Positions 17,697 through 27,890 of a DNA stretch of 39,374 bases are shown here, one piece after another. The stretch's first letter is position 1. Each line of letters starts with the position of its first letter. A program made the position numbers and the translations under genes. The DNA lies in assembly GCA_946500965.1 (NCBI GenBank), contig CAMMXR010000001.1:1-39374 (forward strand). The letters are read 5' to 3'. Origin of the DNA: an uncultured Candidatus Saccharibacteria bacterium. GTDB taxonomy: Bacteria; Patescibacteriota; Saccharimonadia; Saccharimonadales; Saccharimonadaceae. The notes under the pieces were generated by a model, which saw only the letters and a program-made list of their open reading frames with translations, was not told the origin of the DNA and did no database searches.

Positions 17697-17823
17697 TGCT
17701 AAAATAAACCACGTATAGTTTATTAACCGGACTACGACCGTACTAGACGACAGGGTAAGCCGCGCGAGGCGGAACCGCCCATTAGTCTAGTTTCGTTCGT
17801 GCTCCACAAGGGAAAGGACAAGG
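17697..17823 (+). promoter_or_regulatory. Promoter and structured 5' leader of the r-protein operon
   Basis: TGCTAAAAT near 17697; ACTAGAC (17742) / GTCTAGT (17785) stem enclosing a CCGC/GCGG hairpin. Confidence 0.55.
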
Positions 17824-18435
17824 ATGCAAGTCATCATCGGCACCAAAATTGGTATGACCCAGATCATCGGCAGCGATGGTATCGTGACTCCGGTTACGAT
17901 TTTGCATGCCGACCCCTCCACAGTGACTCAGATTAAAACCGTCGCTTCCGACGGCTATAACGCTGTGCAACTGGGGTACGGTCAGGGTAAGAATCTGAGC
18001 AAGTCGGTTTCCGGCCACGTCAAAGCGGCTGGAGTCACTCCGAAAGTCTTGCGTGAGTTTCGCACCAAGGAAACTCCCGAGCTCAAAATCGGAGACAAAA
18101 TCAGCGTAGAAAACTTCAAACTCGGCGACAAGGTAACCGTCACCGGGATTTCTAAGGGTAAAGGCTTTGCCGGCACCGTCAAACGCTGGAACTTCAACGA
18201 GTCGCGCAACACGCACGGCTTCAAGGGCAACATTCGCCGGGTCGGTTCCATCGGCTCAATGTATCCCCAAAAAGTATTCAAAGGTAAGCGTATGCCCGGC
18301 CGCATGGGCCACGATCAGGTAACGGTGAAGAATCTCGTCGTTGCCTATATTGATACCGATCGTAACCTGATCGGCCTCAAGGGCGCCGTTCCTGGCCCCA
18401 AGAAAGGCATCGTCACAGTGGAGGGAGAAGCATAA
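17824..18435 (+). CDS. rplC: 50S ribosomal protein L3
   Basis: GTKIGMTQI, DGYNAVQLG, SKGKGFAG, MPGRMG. Confidence 0.98.
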   Translation: MQVIIGTKIGMTQIIGSDGIVTPVTILHADPSTVTQIKTVASDGYNAVQLGYGQGKNLSKSVSGHVKAAGVTPKVLREFRTKETPELKIGDKISVENFKLGDKVTVTGISKGKGFAGTVKRWNFNESRNTHGFKGNIRRVGSIGSMYPQKVFKGKRMPGRMGHDQVTVKNLVVAYIDTDRNLIGLKGAVPGPKKGIVTVEGEA

Positions 18436-18436
18436 T

Positions 18437-19033
18437 ATGGCTACACTAAATCCAGATATTTTCGCTCTCAAAGTTGAGAACCACGAGTTACTCAAGACCG
18501 CTTACGACGCTTATCTCGCCAACTCCCGCAGTTCCCACGCCAAAACTCTGAAGCGTGGCGAAGTTCGCGGCGGCGGCAAAAAACCCTGGAAGCAGAAGGG
18601 AACTGGTCGCGCCCGCTTTGGCTCCACCCGCAACCCAATCTGGCGCCACGGTGGTGTCGCCTTCGGTCGCACCGGCAACGAAAACTTCACCAAGAAGCTT
18701 TCCCGGAGCGCCAAGAAACTAGCGGTTCGCCAAGCCCTCAGCCTCAAGAACCAGGCCAAGGCCGTCTATACCACCAGCCTCTCTACTACCGGCAAGACTC
18801 GCGAAATCGCCCAGCAACTGCACGACCTCAAGCTTGATGGTCAGAACATCCTGCTCGTTGTTTCCGAGAAAGCCCCGGAGCTGCTCCGTGCTACCAATAA
18901 CCTCGCTAACGTCAAGCTCGTCCGCGCCACCTATCTCAACGTCTTTGACATTCTGAATGCCGACGCCGTTGTGTTTAGCGAAACCGCACTTGACCAAGCC
19001 GCCAACTGGCTGCTAGATAAGGAGGAAGCCTAA
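18437..19033 (+). CDS. rplD: 50S ribosomal protein L4
   Basis: RGEVRGGGKKPWKQKGTGRAR. Confidence 0.98.
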   Translation: MATLNPDIFALKVENHELLKTAYDAYLANSRSSHAKTLKRGEVRGGGKKPWKQKGTGRARFGSTRNPIWRHGGVAFGRTGNENFTKKLSRSAKKLAVRQALSLKNQAKAVYTTSLSTTGKTREIAQQLHDLKLDGQNILLVVSEKAPELLRATNNLANVKLVRATYLNVFDILNADAVVFSETALDQAANWLLDKEEA

Positions 19034-19458
19034 TGATTACCCCACGCGCTACTGAGAAGGCTTACAACGCCCAAACTCAGCACACTTATATCTTCTTTGT
19101 CCCGCGCGCCGCTTCCAAGCAGCAAATCGCGGCCGCCATTGCCGAGGCTTACAAAGTGACCGTCCTGGACGTTCGCACCGCTAACCGCAAGGGCAAAGCT
19201 ACTCGCTTCTCACGCGGCAAGCACGCCTACCCTGGCATCACCTATCGCCAGGATCACAAAGTCGCCTACATCACTGTGAAGGAAGGCGACAAGATTCCGG
19301 TCTTTGAAGACACTAAAGCCGAAGCTGATAAATCAGAAAAGTCCGCTAAGACTACCAAAGCCGCCAAAGACCAGAAAGCCCAAAAACCTGCGGAAACCGC
19401 CAAAGCGGAGAAAAAGGTCGCCCGCAGCGCTAAGAAATCCGCTAAGGAGAATCAGTAA
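19033..19458 (+). CDS. rplW: 50S ribosomal protein L23 with Lys/Ala-rich C-terminal extension
   Basis: PRATEKA, K.QI..AI, KVAYITV. Confidence 0.95.
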   Translation: MITPRATEKAYNAQTQHTYIFFVPRAASKQQIAAAIAEAYKVTVLDVRTANRKGKATRFSRGKHAYPGITYRQDHKVAYITVKEGDKIPVFEDTKAEADKSEKSAKTTKAAKDQKAQKPAETAKAEKKVARSAKKSAKENQ

Positions 19459-20294
19459 TGAGTATTAAAGCTTATCGCCCCACTACTCCCGCCCAGCGCC
19501 AAAAGACCACCCAGGATTTTGATCAAATCACGACCAAGAAACCTCTCAAGTCTCTCACGCTGAGCAAAAAACAATTCGCCGGCAAGAACAACCAGGGTCG
19601 CATTACGGTGCGTCATCGCGGTGGCGGCGTCAAACGCCACTATCGCCTCCTGACCTACAGCCTGCCCCAGGACAGCCAGTTCACCGTGCGTGAAATTGAA
19701 TACGATCCCAACCGCAGCGCCCGGATCGCTCGCGTCCAAGATCAGAACGGCACCTACTACTACGTCCTCGCCGACGCCAATATGCGCCAAGGCAGCAGCT
19801 TCGCCACCGGCAAAGATGCTCCGGTTGAAACTTCCAACCGCCTGCCACTGGAGCAAATCCCGGTTGGTACCTTCATTTACGCTATTGAGCTCACGCCTGG
19901 CCGCGGCGCCCAAATGGTCCGCTCTGCCGGCACCAGCGCCCAGCTCATGGCTAAGGAAAACGGCTACGCCACGCTGAAGATGCCGTCTGGCGAGATGCGC
20001 AAGGTCCTGATCAACTGTGAAGCTTCCATCGGCACCGTCGGCAACGAACAGCACCAGAACATTAAGATTGGTGCCGCTGGCCGCCGCCGCCGCAAGGGCA
20101 TCCGTCCGACCGTTCGCGGCGTCGTGATGAACGCAACTGATCACCCCCACGGTGGTGGTGACGGTGGTCGTCACGGTACCGGTAAAGCTCCCCGCACTCC
20201 GTGGGGTCAGCTCACCCTTGGTTATCGTACCCGTCATAATAAGAAAACTAATAAGATGATCGTGCGCAGTCGCCACGAAGGAAAGAGGAAATAA
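19458..20294 (+). CDS. rplB: 50S ribosomal protein L2
   Basis: [28 protein letters not shown]. Confidence 0.98.
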   Translation: MSIKAYRPTTPAQRQKTTQDFDQITTKKPLKSLTLSKKQFAGKNNQGRITVRHRGGGVKRHYRLLTYSLPQDSQFTVREIEYDPNRSARIARVQDQNGTYYYVLADANMRQGSSFATGKDAPVETSNRLPLEQIPVGTFIYAIELTPGRGAQMVRSAGTSAQLMAKENGYATLKMPSGEMRKVLINCEASIGTVGNEQHQNIKIGAAGRRRRKGIRPTVRGVVMNATDHPHGGGDGGRHGTGKAPRTPWGQLTLGYRTRHNKKTNKMIVRSRHEGKRK

Positions 20295-20581
20295 TGTCTC
20301 GGAGTCTGAAGAAAGGTCCATTTGTGGACTACAAACTCGCGAAGAAAGTTGCTGCTCTCTCCGCCGAGGATCGCACCGTGATCAAGACCTGGGCGCGCCA
20401 GTCTGCCATTTCCCCTGAAATGGTCGGCCGCACCATTGCCGTCCATAACGGCAAGACTCACGTCCCTGTCTTTATCAGCGAAAATATGGTCGGCCACAAA
20501 CTCGGTGAGTTTGCTCCAACCCGCAAATTTAAGCGCCACGGTGGCAAGAAAGCCGCTGAGGCTGTGAAAGGAGCTAACTAA
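20294..20581 (+). CDS. rpsS: 30S ribosomal protein S19
   Basis: [23 protein letters not shown]. Confidence 0.98.
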   Translation: MSRSLKKGPFVDYKLAKKVAALSAEDRTVIKTWARQSAISPEMVGRTIAVHNGKTHVPVFISENMVGHKLGEFAPTRKFKRHGGKKAAEAVKGAN

Positions 20582-20991
20582 TGAGTCAGCCAATTTTCGC
20601 CTACGCCGTTGAGAAGGGCATTGACAGTCAGCCCCGCAAGGTCAACATCGTGGCCAGCCTGGTGCGCGACCGCTATGTCGCCGACGCCGTGGTGATTCTG
20701 GAAAACACCCCGCGCCGCGCCGCCAAAGCTGTGCGCAAGGCCATTGAATCTGCCGCCGCCAACCTGATCAACAATTCCGGCGTCAGCATTGACCCCAAAA
20801 CCATTCGCATTTCCCGCATTTCTGTTACCGCCGGCACGCGTATGCGCCGCTACGTTCCGGCTTCCCGCGGTCGTGCCTTGCCTTTTGAAAAAATCTCCAG
20901 CAACATCTTCGTAGAAGTCGCTGGCGAAGAGAAAGTCAAGAAAACCAAACCAACTCAATCAGCCGACAAAGCTGATGGAAAGGAGAAATAA
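20581..20991 (+). CDS. rplV: 50S ribosomal protein L22
   Basis: PRKVNIVA, SAAAN, PASRGRA. Confidence 0.95.
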   Translation: MSQPIFAYAVEKGIDSQPRKVNIVASLVRDRYVADAVVILENTPRRAAKAVRKAIESAAANLINNSGVSIDPKTIRISRISVTAGTRMRRYVPASRGRALPFEKISSNIFVEVAGEEKVKKTKPTQSADKADGKEK

Positions 20992-21617
20992 TGGGTCAGA
21001 AAGTCAACCCAGTATCTTATCGTCTCCAGATCAGCAAGGATTGGTCGTCCAAGTGGTTCACCCGCAAGGCTGACTTCCGCCACTGGCTGGTAGAAGATTC
21101 CAAGATCCGTGATTGCATTGAGCAGCGCTACAGCAGCCGTCCGACCATCGCTCGCATCGGCATTGAACGCAGCGCCAACCTCACCACCATCACCATCTTG
21201 ACCGCCAAAGCCGGTGCCGTCATCGGCAAACAGGGCGCTGGCATCAACGAGCTCAAGAAAGAGCTGGAAAAATTCGTCAGCGGTCCCATCCGCATCAACG
21301 TAGAAGAAGTTAAGAAACCCGAGCTTTCCGCCAAACTGGTCGCCGAGAACATCGGCTTCCAACTCGGCAAGCGCATGAACTTCCGCCGCGCCGTCAAAAT
21401 GGCCTGCCAGTCCACTATGAACGCGGGCGCCAAAGGTATCCGCGTGGAAGTTTCCGGCCGCTTGAACGGCGCCGAAATGTCCCGCCGCGAGAAATTCATT
21501 GAAGGTTCCGTCCCTCTGCACACCCTGCGCGCGGACGTGGACTTCTATGTCTGCCACGCCAAGACCGTGGCTGGCATCGTGGGAGTAAAGGTCTGGATCT
21601 ATAAGGGGGAGAAATAA
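20991..21617 (+). CDS. rpsC: 30S ribosomal protein S3
   Basis: MGQKVNP, SGRLNGAEM, VPLHTLRADVD, GVKVWIY. Confidence 0.98.
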   Translation: MGQKVNPVSYRLQISKDWSSKWFTRKADFRHWLVEDSKIRDCIEQRYSSRPTIARIGIERSANLTTITILTAKAGAVIGKQGAGINELKKELEKFVSGPIRINVEEVKKPELSAKLVAENIGFQLGKRMNFRRAVKMACQSTMNAGAKGIRVEVSGRLNGAEMSRREKFIEGSVPLHTLRADVDFYVCHAKTVAGIVGVKVWIYKGEK

Positions 21618-21618
21618 T

Positions 21619-22038
21619 ATGGCTATTCTAACACCACGCCGTGAGGCACACCGCAAAGTCCGCAAGGGCAAGAACAACGGCACCGCATCGCGCTGCAACT
21701 ACGTTGCGTTCGGCGATTGGGGTCTGATGTCACTTGACAACGAACGCGTCACCAGCCGCCAAATTGAGGCTGCCCGTCAAGCTATCACCCGCTTCGTCAA
21801 GCGTGGCGGCAAGATCTGGATTCGCATTTTCCCGCACACTCCCGTCACCAAGAAACCCTTGGACGTCAAAATGGGTAGCGGCAAAGGCGAACCGCAGTTC
21901 TACGTTGCCAAAGTCAAACCTGGCACCGTGATGTTTGAAATCAGTGACGTCACCGAAGAACAGGCCAAAGAAGCTTTCCGCCTTGCTGGCCACAAGCTGC
22001 CGGTGCGCACCAAAATCATTAAGAGAGAGGAGTTCTAA
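21619..22038 (+). CDS. rplP: 50S ribosomal protein L16
   Basis: [25 protein letters not shown]. Confidence 0.98.
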   Translation: MAILTPRREAHRKVRKGKNNGTASRCNYVAFGDWGLMSLDNERVTSRQIEAARQAITRFVKRGGKIWIRIFPHTPVTKKPLDVKMGSGKGEPQFYVAKVKPGTVMFEISDVTEEQAKEAFRLAGHKLPVRTKIIKREEF

Positions 22039-22039
22039 G

Positions 22040-22348
22040 ATGGCTACCACTTTGCAAGGTATTGTCACTTCGGCCCAGCGCGATAAGACCATCACGGTCT
22101 CCATTGCGAGCCGCGAAACTCATCCGCTTTACCGCAAGCAATATACCAAAACCCGCAAATACACTGCTCACGACGAGCAAAACCAAGCTGGCGTGGGCGA
22201 CAAAGTTGAAATCGTCGCCTGCCGTCCTCTCTCCAAGACCAAAGCCTACAAACTCGTCCGGGTGCTGGAGAAGTCTCACGGCACCGTGGAGCTGAAGGAC
22301 GAAGTCTTGGGTGAGACCAAGGACCACGCCGAAGGGGAGGAAGAGTAA
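22040..22348 (+). CDS. rpsQ: 30S ribosomal protein S17
   Basis: LQGIVTS..DKTITV, HPLY, AHDE, RPLSKTK; start at ATG 22040. Confidence 0.96.
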   Translation: MATTLQGIVTSAQRDKTITVSIASRETHPLYRKQYTKTRKYTAHDEQNQAGVGDKVEIVACRPLSKTKAYKLVRVLEKSHGTVELKDEVLGETKDHAEGEEE

Positions 22349-22717
22349 ATGATTCAACAGGAAACTAGATTAAAAGTCGCCGACAACAGCGGCGCCAAAG
22401 AACTTGGAGTAATCCGTGTCCTCGGTGGGACGCGCGCACGCTATGCCCGCGTTGGTGACATCGTCACCTGCAGCGTCAAAGACGCCAGCCCCACCGGCAA
22501 CATCAAGAAGAAAGCCGTGGTGAAGGCCGTAATCGTCCGCACCCGCCAGCAAATCCGCCGTCCCGATGGCAGCACTATTCGCTTTGACGACAATGCCGCT
22601 GTGCTCGTGAACGACGACAAAACCCCCAAAGGTACTCGTGTTTTCGGACCCGTCCCCCGCGAACTGCGTGACCTCGGTTTCAACAAAATCATCAGCTTAG
22701 CTCCGGAGGTCCTCTAA
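22349..22717 (+). CDS. rplN: 50S ribosomal protein L14
   Basis: [22 protein letters not shown]. Confidence 0.98.
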   Translation: MIQQETRLKVADNSGAKELGVIRVLGGTRARYARVGDIVTCSVKDASPTGNIKKKAVVKAVIVRTRQQIRRPDGSTIRFDDNAAVLVNDDKTPKGTRVFGPVPRELRDLGFNKIISLAPEVL

Positions 22718-22944
22718 TGGCACAGACTCTAAAAACCGGTGACACCGTAAAAGTCATCGCCGGCGACCACAAAGGCACCGTCGCGAAAATCGTCAAGGTT
22801 GACCGCACCGCTCACAAAGCTATGTTGGAGAACCTCAACCTGCGCGAACGGCATCTCCGCGCCACCCAGTATAACCCCAAGGGCGGCAAGAAGACCATTC
22901 ACGTCGGGATTGATTTGTCAAACCTAAAGAAGGAGGACAAATAA
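22717..22944 (+). CDS. rplX: 50S ribosomal protein L24 (short, 75 aa)
   Basis: KOW motif GDTVKVIAGDHKG; ends shortly after IDLSNL. Confidence 0.93.
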   Translation: MAQTLKTGDTVKVIAGDHKGTVAKIVKVDRTAHKAMLENLNLRERHLRATQYNPKGGKKTIHVGIDLSNLKKEDK

Positions 22945-23504
22945 TGGCCGCTCCTAGACTGAAACAGCTTTACCAAGCTAAAATCGCCAAGCAGCTCCAG
23001 GAAGAGCTCGGCCTGGCCAATATCAACCAAGTCCCGAAGCTGGAAAAGGTCGTGATTTCTAGCGGCGTCGGCAAAAAACGTGAGGACAAGAAATTCACCG
23101 AGACCGTCGGACTCACTCTGACCAAAATTACTGGTCAAGTCCCCACCGCCCGCCTGCCCAAGAAATCCATTGCCACCTTCAAAATCCGCAAAGGCATGGG
23201 TGCCCCGGTTGGCTATCTCGCCACCCTGCGCAACGACAAGATGTATGAGTTCGTTGACCGTCTGATCAACGTCACTCTGCCTCACGTTCGCGACTTCCAC
23301 GGCGTCTCCCGCAACGCCTTTGACGCCCAGGGCAACTACAACCTCGGCCTCAAAGAACAAACCGTTTTCCCCGAAATTACCTTTGAAGATGCCGCGGTGT
23401 TGCACGGTCTAGAAATCACTTTCATCATTAAAAACGGTTCTAAAGAAGGGAGTACCAAATTGCTTGAAGCCTTTGGGATGCCGTTTGAAAAGGAGAACAA
23501 GTAA
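22944..23504 (+). CDS. rplE: 50S ribosomal protein L5
   Basis: [27 protein letters not shown]. Confidence 0.98.
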   Translation: MAAPRLKQLYQAKIAKQLQEELGLANINQVPKLEKVVISSGVGKKREDKKFTETVGLTLTKITGQVPTARLPKKSIATFKIRKGMGAPVGYLATLRNDKMYEFVDRLINVTLPHVRDFHGVSRNAFDAQGNYNLGLKEQTVFPEITFEDAAVLHGLEITFIIKNGSKEGSTKLLEAFGMPFEKENK

Positions 23505-23773
23505 TGGCTAAGAAGTCCGCAATTCTCCGTGATCAAAAACGGCGCAAACTATACGAAAAATATCAAGCCAAGCGCGCTGCGCTCAAGGCTGCCGGTGACC
23601 TGGAAGGTCTCCAGAAGCTGCCCCGCAACGCCAGCCCCACGCGGTTGAAAAACCGCGACCTGCTTGACGGCCGCCCCCGTGGCTATATGCGCTACTTCGG
23701 TCTCAGCCGTATCAATTTCCGCGAAAAAGCCTCCAAGGGCGAAATCCCGGGTGTAACTAAGAGTAGTTGGTAG
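23504..23773 (+). CDS. rpsN: 30S ribosomal protein S14 (89-aa Zn-free form)
   Basis: [19 protein letters not shown]...FGLSRI; no Cys. Confidence 0.97.
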   Translation: MAKKSAILRDQKRRKLYEKYQAKRAALKAAGDLEGLQKLPRNASPTRLKNRDLLDGRPRGYMRYFGLSRINFREKASKGEIPGVTKSSW

Positions 23774-23786
23774 GAAAGGAGAGAAT

Positions 23787-24188
23787 ATGTCATTACAATC
23801 AACTGATCAAATCGCCGACCTGATTACTCGCATCCGCAACGCAGTCCTGGTCGGGAAGAACGAAATCCTCGTCCCCACTTCCAAGCTCAAACTGGCCGTC
23901 ACCGAAGTCCTCGCTAAGAACGGCTACCTGTCCGCCTACGAAGTGACCGAGGCGAAACCCCGCGGCGTCCTGCACATCACCATTAACCAACCCGGCACCA
24001 GCGCCAAAATCAACGAGATCACCAAGGTCTCCAAACCTGGTCGCCGCGTTTACTCCGCTGCCGCCGACCTCCCAGTCGTCAAATCCGGCCGCGGCATGGT
24101 GATTGTCTCTACTTCCAAGGGCCTGATGACCGGTCGCGAAGCCAAGAAGAACAAACTTGGCGGCGAAATCCTGGTCAAGGTCTGGTAG
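23787..24188 (+). CDS. rpsH: 30S ribosomal protein S8
   Basis: IADLITRIRNA, SKPGRRVY, STSKGLM, GGE. Confidence 0.98.
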   Translation: MSLQSTDQIADLITRIRNAVLVGKNEILVPTSKLKLAVTEVLAKNGYLSAYEVTEAKPRGVLHITINQPGTSAKINEITKVSKPGRRVYSAAADLPVVKSGRGMVIVSTSKGLMTGREAKKNKLGGEILVKVW

Positions 24189-24189
24189 A

Positions 24190-24218
24190 TTGACTATTTA
24201 AGCAAGGTATGCTATAAT
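24190..24218 (+). promoter_or_regulatory. Internal sigma70 promoter between rpsH and rplF
   Basis: TTGACT-17 nt-TATAAT with extended TG. Confidence 0.8.
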
Positions 24219-24247
24219 TATAGAGAGATTAAACGTAAAGGAAAAAT

Positions 24248-24784
24248 ATGAGTCGTATCGGAAAACAACCCATCGCAATTCCGGCGGGAGTGACAATCAC
24301 GGTCGGCGCACAGGACATCACTGTCGCTGGACCGAAAGGTTCGCTCACGGTTCCGCTTCAACCACATGTCAAAGTTGCGGTAGAGGATAACCAAATCCTG
24401 GTCACCCGCAGCGATGACGAACCCAAATCCCGAGCCTGGCACGGCCTCCAGCGCGCGTTGCTAAACAACGCCGTTCAGGGTGTCACCAAGGGCTTTGAGA
24501 AAAAACTAGAAATCAACGGCGTCGGCTTCCGTCTCAGTGGCGGCGGTAAGTCCATTGAGATGGCCCTCGGTTTCTCTCACCCCGTTAAATACCAAGCTCC
24601 GGATGGCGTAGAGCTCAAAACCGACAAGATGACCATCACCGTCTCTGGCATTGACAAACAGCAGGTCGGTCAGGTCGCTGCGGAAATCCGCGCCCTCAAG
24701 AAACCCGAACCCTACAAGGGTAAAGGCATTAAATACGTTGACGAAGTGATCCTTCGCAAAGCTGGAAAGGCAGGGAAGAAATAA
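24248..24784 (+). CDS. rplF: 50S ribosomal protein L6
   Basis: MSRIGKQPI, LGFSHP, PEPYKGKGI. Confidence 0.98.
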   Translation: MSRIGKQPIAIPAGVTITVGAQDITVAGPKGSLTVPLQPHVKVAVEDNQILVTRSDDEPKSRAWHGLQRALLNNAVQGVTKGFEKKLEINGVGFRLSGGGKSIEMALGFSHPVKYQAPDGVELKTDKMTITVSGIDKQQVGQVAAEIRALKKPEPYKGKGIKYVDEVILRKAGKAGKK

Positions 24785-25113
24785 TGAATACCGCATTTCG
24801 CGCCAAGCGCACCCGTTCTAAAATCCACGGCACGGCTGCTCGCCCTCGCCTCAGCGTCCACGTGAGCAACCGCCACATTATCGCTCAAATTATTGACGAC
24901 GACGCCCAGAAGACGCTCGCCTACGCTACTACCGTCGGCAGCAAGATCACGGGCACTATGACCGAAAAAGCCGCTGCGATCGGTCAAGAAATCGCCGCAA
25001 AGGCCAAGAAAGCCAAGATTTCCACCGTCGTCTTTGACCGCGGCGCAAAACTATATGCCGGCCGCCTCTCTGCACTCGCAGACGCCGCCCGCAAGGAAGG
25101 ATTGGAGTTCTAA
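24784..25113 (+). CDS. rplR: 50S ribosomal protein L18
   Basis: RPRLSV..SN.HI.AQIIDD, VFDRG, AR..GLEF. Confidence 0.97.
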   Translation: MNTAFRAKRTRSKIHGTAARPRLSVHVSNRHIIAQIIDDDAQKTLAYATTVGSKITGTMTEKAAAIGQEIAAKAKKAKISTVVFDRGAKLYAGRLSALADAARKEGLEF

Positions 25114-25821
25114 ATGGCCGAAGAACAAGCAAAAGTCATCAACAAGTCCGGCACTCTCAAAATGACCGACGAAGTCGCCGCGACTCGCGTCCGCAAGGAC
25201 ATCAGCGGCAAGACACTTTCGCGCCGTGGCAATGGCCGCCGCGATCGCAGCCGCAACCTCGACAACGTCCCCAAAGAGTTTGACACCGTCACTATCAACA
25301 TTGACCGCGTCTCCCGCACCGTCAAGGGCGGCCGCCGCATGCGCTTCAAGGCTCTGGTCGCAATGGGGAACCACAAGAACAAAATCGGCATCGGTGTCGC
25401 CAAAGGCGGCGATGTCACCAGCGCCGTTCAGAAGGCCACCGCTAAAGCCAAGAAGTCCATGATTGAATTCAACATGGACGGCGAAACCATCTGCCACGAA
25501 GTAGAGACTCGCTCCACCGGCGCCGACATTCTGATGAAGCCGGCTGCCCCCGGTACCGGGATCATCGCTGGCGGCGTGGTGCGCAGCATCATCGGTCTCA
25601 CCGGCATCAAGAACCTCATTTCCAAATCGCTCGGCAGCACCAACAAGGTCAACATCGCTTACGCCGTAATTGAGGGTCTGCGCCAACAGGTTCCGCGCAA
25701 CGAATGGCTCGGCAACCAAGGCAAAGCTCCGGCGGCTGACCAGCCCAAAGCTGAGACCGCCAAGGCCAAAGCCACCAAGACCGCCAAGGCCGCTGCTCCC
25801 GCCAAAGAGGAGGATAAGTAA
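25114..25821 (+). CDS. rpsE: 30S ribosomal protein S5 with N- and C-terminal extensions
   Basis: RV..TVKGGRR, PAAPGTGIIAGG, KSLGS.N. Confidence 0.97.
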   Translation: MAEEQAKVINKSGTLKMTDEVAATRVRKDISGKTLSRRGNGRRDRSRNLDNVPKEFDTVTINIDRVSRTVKGGRRMRFKALVAMGNHKNKIGIGVAKGGDVTSAVQKATAKAKKSMIEFNMDGETICHEVETRSTGADILMKPAAPGTGIIAGGVVRSIIGLTGIKNLISKSLGSTNKVNIAYAVIEGLRQQVPRNEWLGNQGKAPAADQPKAETAKAKATKTAKAAAPAKEEDK

Positions 25822-26288
25822 TGAAATACAACGAACTACAAGTTAATCGCAATACCCGTCCCACCCGGGCTGGCCGCGGCATCGCCGCCGGCCGCGGTAA
25901 AACCGCTGGGCGCGGCACCAAGGGCCAGAAGGCCCGCACCGGTCACCACAAGCTCCCCGCGGGCTTCATGGGTGGTCAGCGCGCTATTATGCAAGCGATC
26001 CCGAAGCTCAAGGGCTTCAAGAGCCTCCACGCGAAGGCTACCGTGGTTTATACTGATCGCCTCAACGATCTCACCGGCAAGGTGGACAACTTCACCCTCG
26101 CCGACCACGGTCTGATTGAGAGTCCTTACGCCAAGGTGAAGATTATTTCTCGCGGCGAGCTCACCGCTAAGATCGACCTGGAGACCCAGTTCGCCAGCAA
26201 AACCGCTGTGGCTGCGATTGAAAAGGCCGGCGGCAGCTTCAAAGCGGTTGCAGTTCCGCAGCGAATCGCCCAAAAAGACGCCGAATAA
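25821..26288 (+). CDS. rplO: 50S ribosomal protein L15
   Basis: GRG...G.GKTAGRGTKGQKAR, IEKAGG. Confidence 0.97.
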   Translation: MKYNELQVNRNTRPTRAGRGIAAGRGKTAGRGTKGQKARTGHHKLPAGFMGGQRAIMQAIPKLKGFKSLHAKATVVYTDRLNDLTGKVDNFTLADHGLIESPYAKVKIISRGELTAKIDLETQFASKTAVAAIEKAGGSFKAVAVPQRIAQKDAE

Positions 26289-26348
26289 TTCATTCGCGCA
26301 TGCTCCGGTCGGGCACCGCAGCATCACTCAGGCATTCGCCCAGAAAAT

Positions 26349-26369
26349 CACCCCTCCGGGGGTGTTTTT
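26349..26369 (+). terminator. Terminator after rplO
   Basis: CACCCC-TCCG-GGGGTG followed by TTTTT. Confidence 0.75.
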
Positions 26370-26370
26370 C

Positions 26371-26400
26371 TTGTCTAACCCGGCGAAGCTGTGCTATAAT
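26371..26400 (+). promoter_or_regulatory. secY promoter
   Basis: TTGTCT-18 nt-TATAAT with extended TG. Confidence 0.65.
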
Positions 26401-26461
26401 GGAAACATATTGATATAACAGTTTTTTGGAGGGCTGTCTAATTCCGGACGCAATCAATGTC

Positions 26462-27880
26462 ATGAATTTCAAAACTATTTTCAAATCACTCAAACACAAA
26501 GACGTCTTAAAGCGCGTTTTTATCGTACTCGGACTAATCGTGATTTACCGCTTTCTTGCTCACGTCCCCGTGCCGCTGGGTGAACCGACCACCTTCCAAG
26601 AAGCCGTCCAAAACCTTATTACCAAATCCGACTTCGGCAGCTTCCTTAACCTCATCTCCGGTGGCGGCCTCACCGCCTTCTCCATCCTGCTGGTCGGCCT
26701 CTCTCCTTACATTACCTCCAGCATCGTAGTCCAGCTCGTCACCAAAGCCATCCCTCGTCTCGAAGAACTCTCCAAGGACGGAGAAACCGGCCGCCGCAAA
26801 ATTAACCAGTGGACCCGCATCCTCACCGTTCCGCTGGCCATCGTCCAGTCCGCCGCTTACATCTTCATCCTCTATCAGTCCGTCATCTCTGCCAACACCG
26901 CTCTCACTTACACCCCCACCACCGCTGACTGGCTGCTTTCCATCACCGCCATGGTTGCCGGCTCCGTCATCCTGATGTGGTTCGGCGAGCTCATCACCGA
27001 ACAGGGAATTGGTAACGGCATTTCTATGCTCATCTTCGCCAGCATCATCTCCCAGCTCCCCACCACCCTCGCCAGCCTTGGCGCCGCCCTCTTTGACACC
27101 TCTTCCGGCTCGCTCTCCCTCTTCGGCTGGCTCAATCTCCCAGTCAACCCGGTCATCTTCTGGATTGTGGTCGGCTTCGCCCTCGCCCTGCTCCTCGTCA
27201 TCTATTTCTTGGTCAAACTTAATGAAGCGCAGCGCGTCATCACCATTAACTACGCCAAGCGCGTCCACGGCAACAGCGCCTACGGCGGCATCAAGTCCAT
27301 CCTCCCGCTGAAGCTTATCGCCGCCGGCGTCGTCCCCGTCATCTTCGCTACCGCCTTCCTCTCCCTCCCCGCCCTGATTGGCCAGCTCATCCAGACCATC
27401 AACCCCGACGGCACCTTCGGCAACACCTTGATCACCCTCTTCACCGCCCCCTCCGCCTCCAACTTCTCCACCCTCTACCCAAACGGCATCACCGCCCAAT
27501 GGTTCTTCTACCCCGCGGTTTACTTCGTCCTCGTCGTCCTCTTCACCTACTTCTACACCAGCATCATCTTCAACACCAAAGAAATCGCCGACAACCTCCA
27601 GAAACAAGGCGCCTTCATTGAGGGTGTCCGCCCCGGCAACCAGACCGCCGAATACCTCGGCAAGACCATCAACCGCCTCAACCTCTTCGGCGCCCTCGCC
27701 CTCGGCCTCATCGCCATGCTCCCCTTCCTCACCGATTACGTCTCTATCGTTATTTCTGGGATGCCGATCGGTCTCTCCCTCTCTGGTACCGGGCTTCTGA
27801 TTGTGGTTACGGTCGCCCTTGAGAATCTCCGTCAGCTCAATTCGCGCGCTCTGATGGCAACTTACGACGAATATAAATAA
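26462..27880 (+). CDS. secY: Preprotein translocase SecY
   Basis: GLSPYITSSI, ITEQGIGNGIS, GVRPG.QT, GTGLLIVV; start at ATG 26462. Confidence 0.98.
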   Translation: MNFKTIFKSLKHKDVLKRVFIVLGLIVIYRFLAHVPVPLGEPTTFQEAVQNLITKSDFGSFLNLISGGGLTAFSILLVGLSPYITSSIVVQLVTKAIPRLEELSKDGETGRRKINQWTRILTVPLAIVQSAAYIFILYQSVISANTALTYTPTTADWLLSITAMVAGSVILMWFGELITEQGIGNGISMLIFASIISQLPTTLASLGAALFDTSSGSLSLFGWLNLPVNPVIFWIVVGFALALLLVIYFLVKLNEAQRVITINYAKRVHGNSAYGGIKSILPLKLIAAGVVPVIFATAFLSLPALIGQLIQTINPDGTFGNTLITLFTAPSASNFSTLYPNGITAQWFFYPAVYFVLVVLFTYFYTSIIFNTKEIADNLQKQGAFIEGVRPGNQTAEYLGKTINRLNLFGALALGLIAMLPFLTDYVSIVISGMPIGLSLSGTGLLIVVTVALENLRQLNSRALMATYDEYK

Positions 27881-27890
27881 GATAAAGGAA

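Noticed and set aside
25800-25830. Absence of rpmD (L30) between rpsE and rplO
   Set aside because: Real but an established CPR trait; used only as a taxonomic clue
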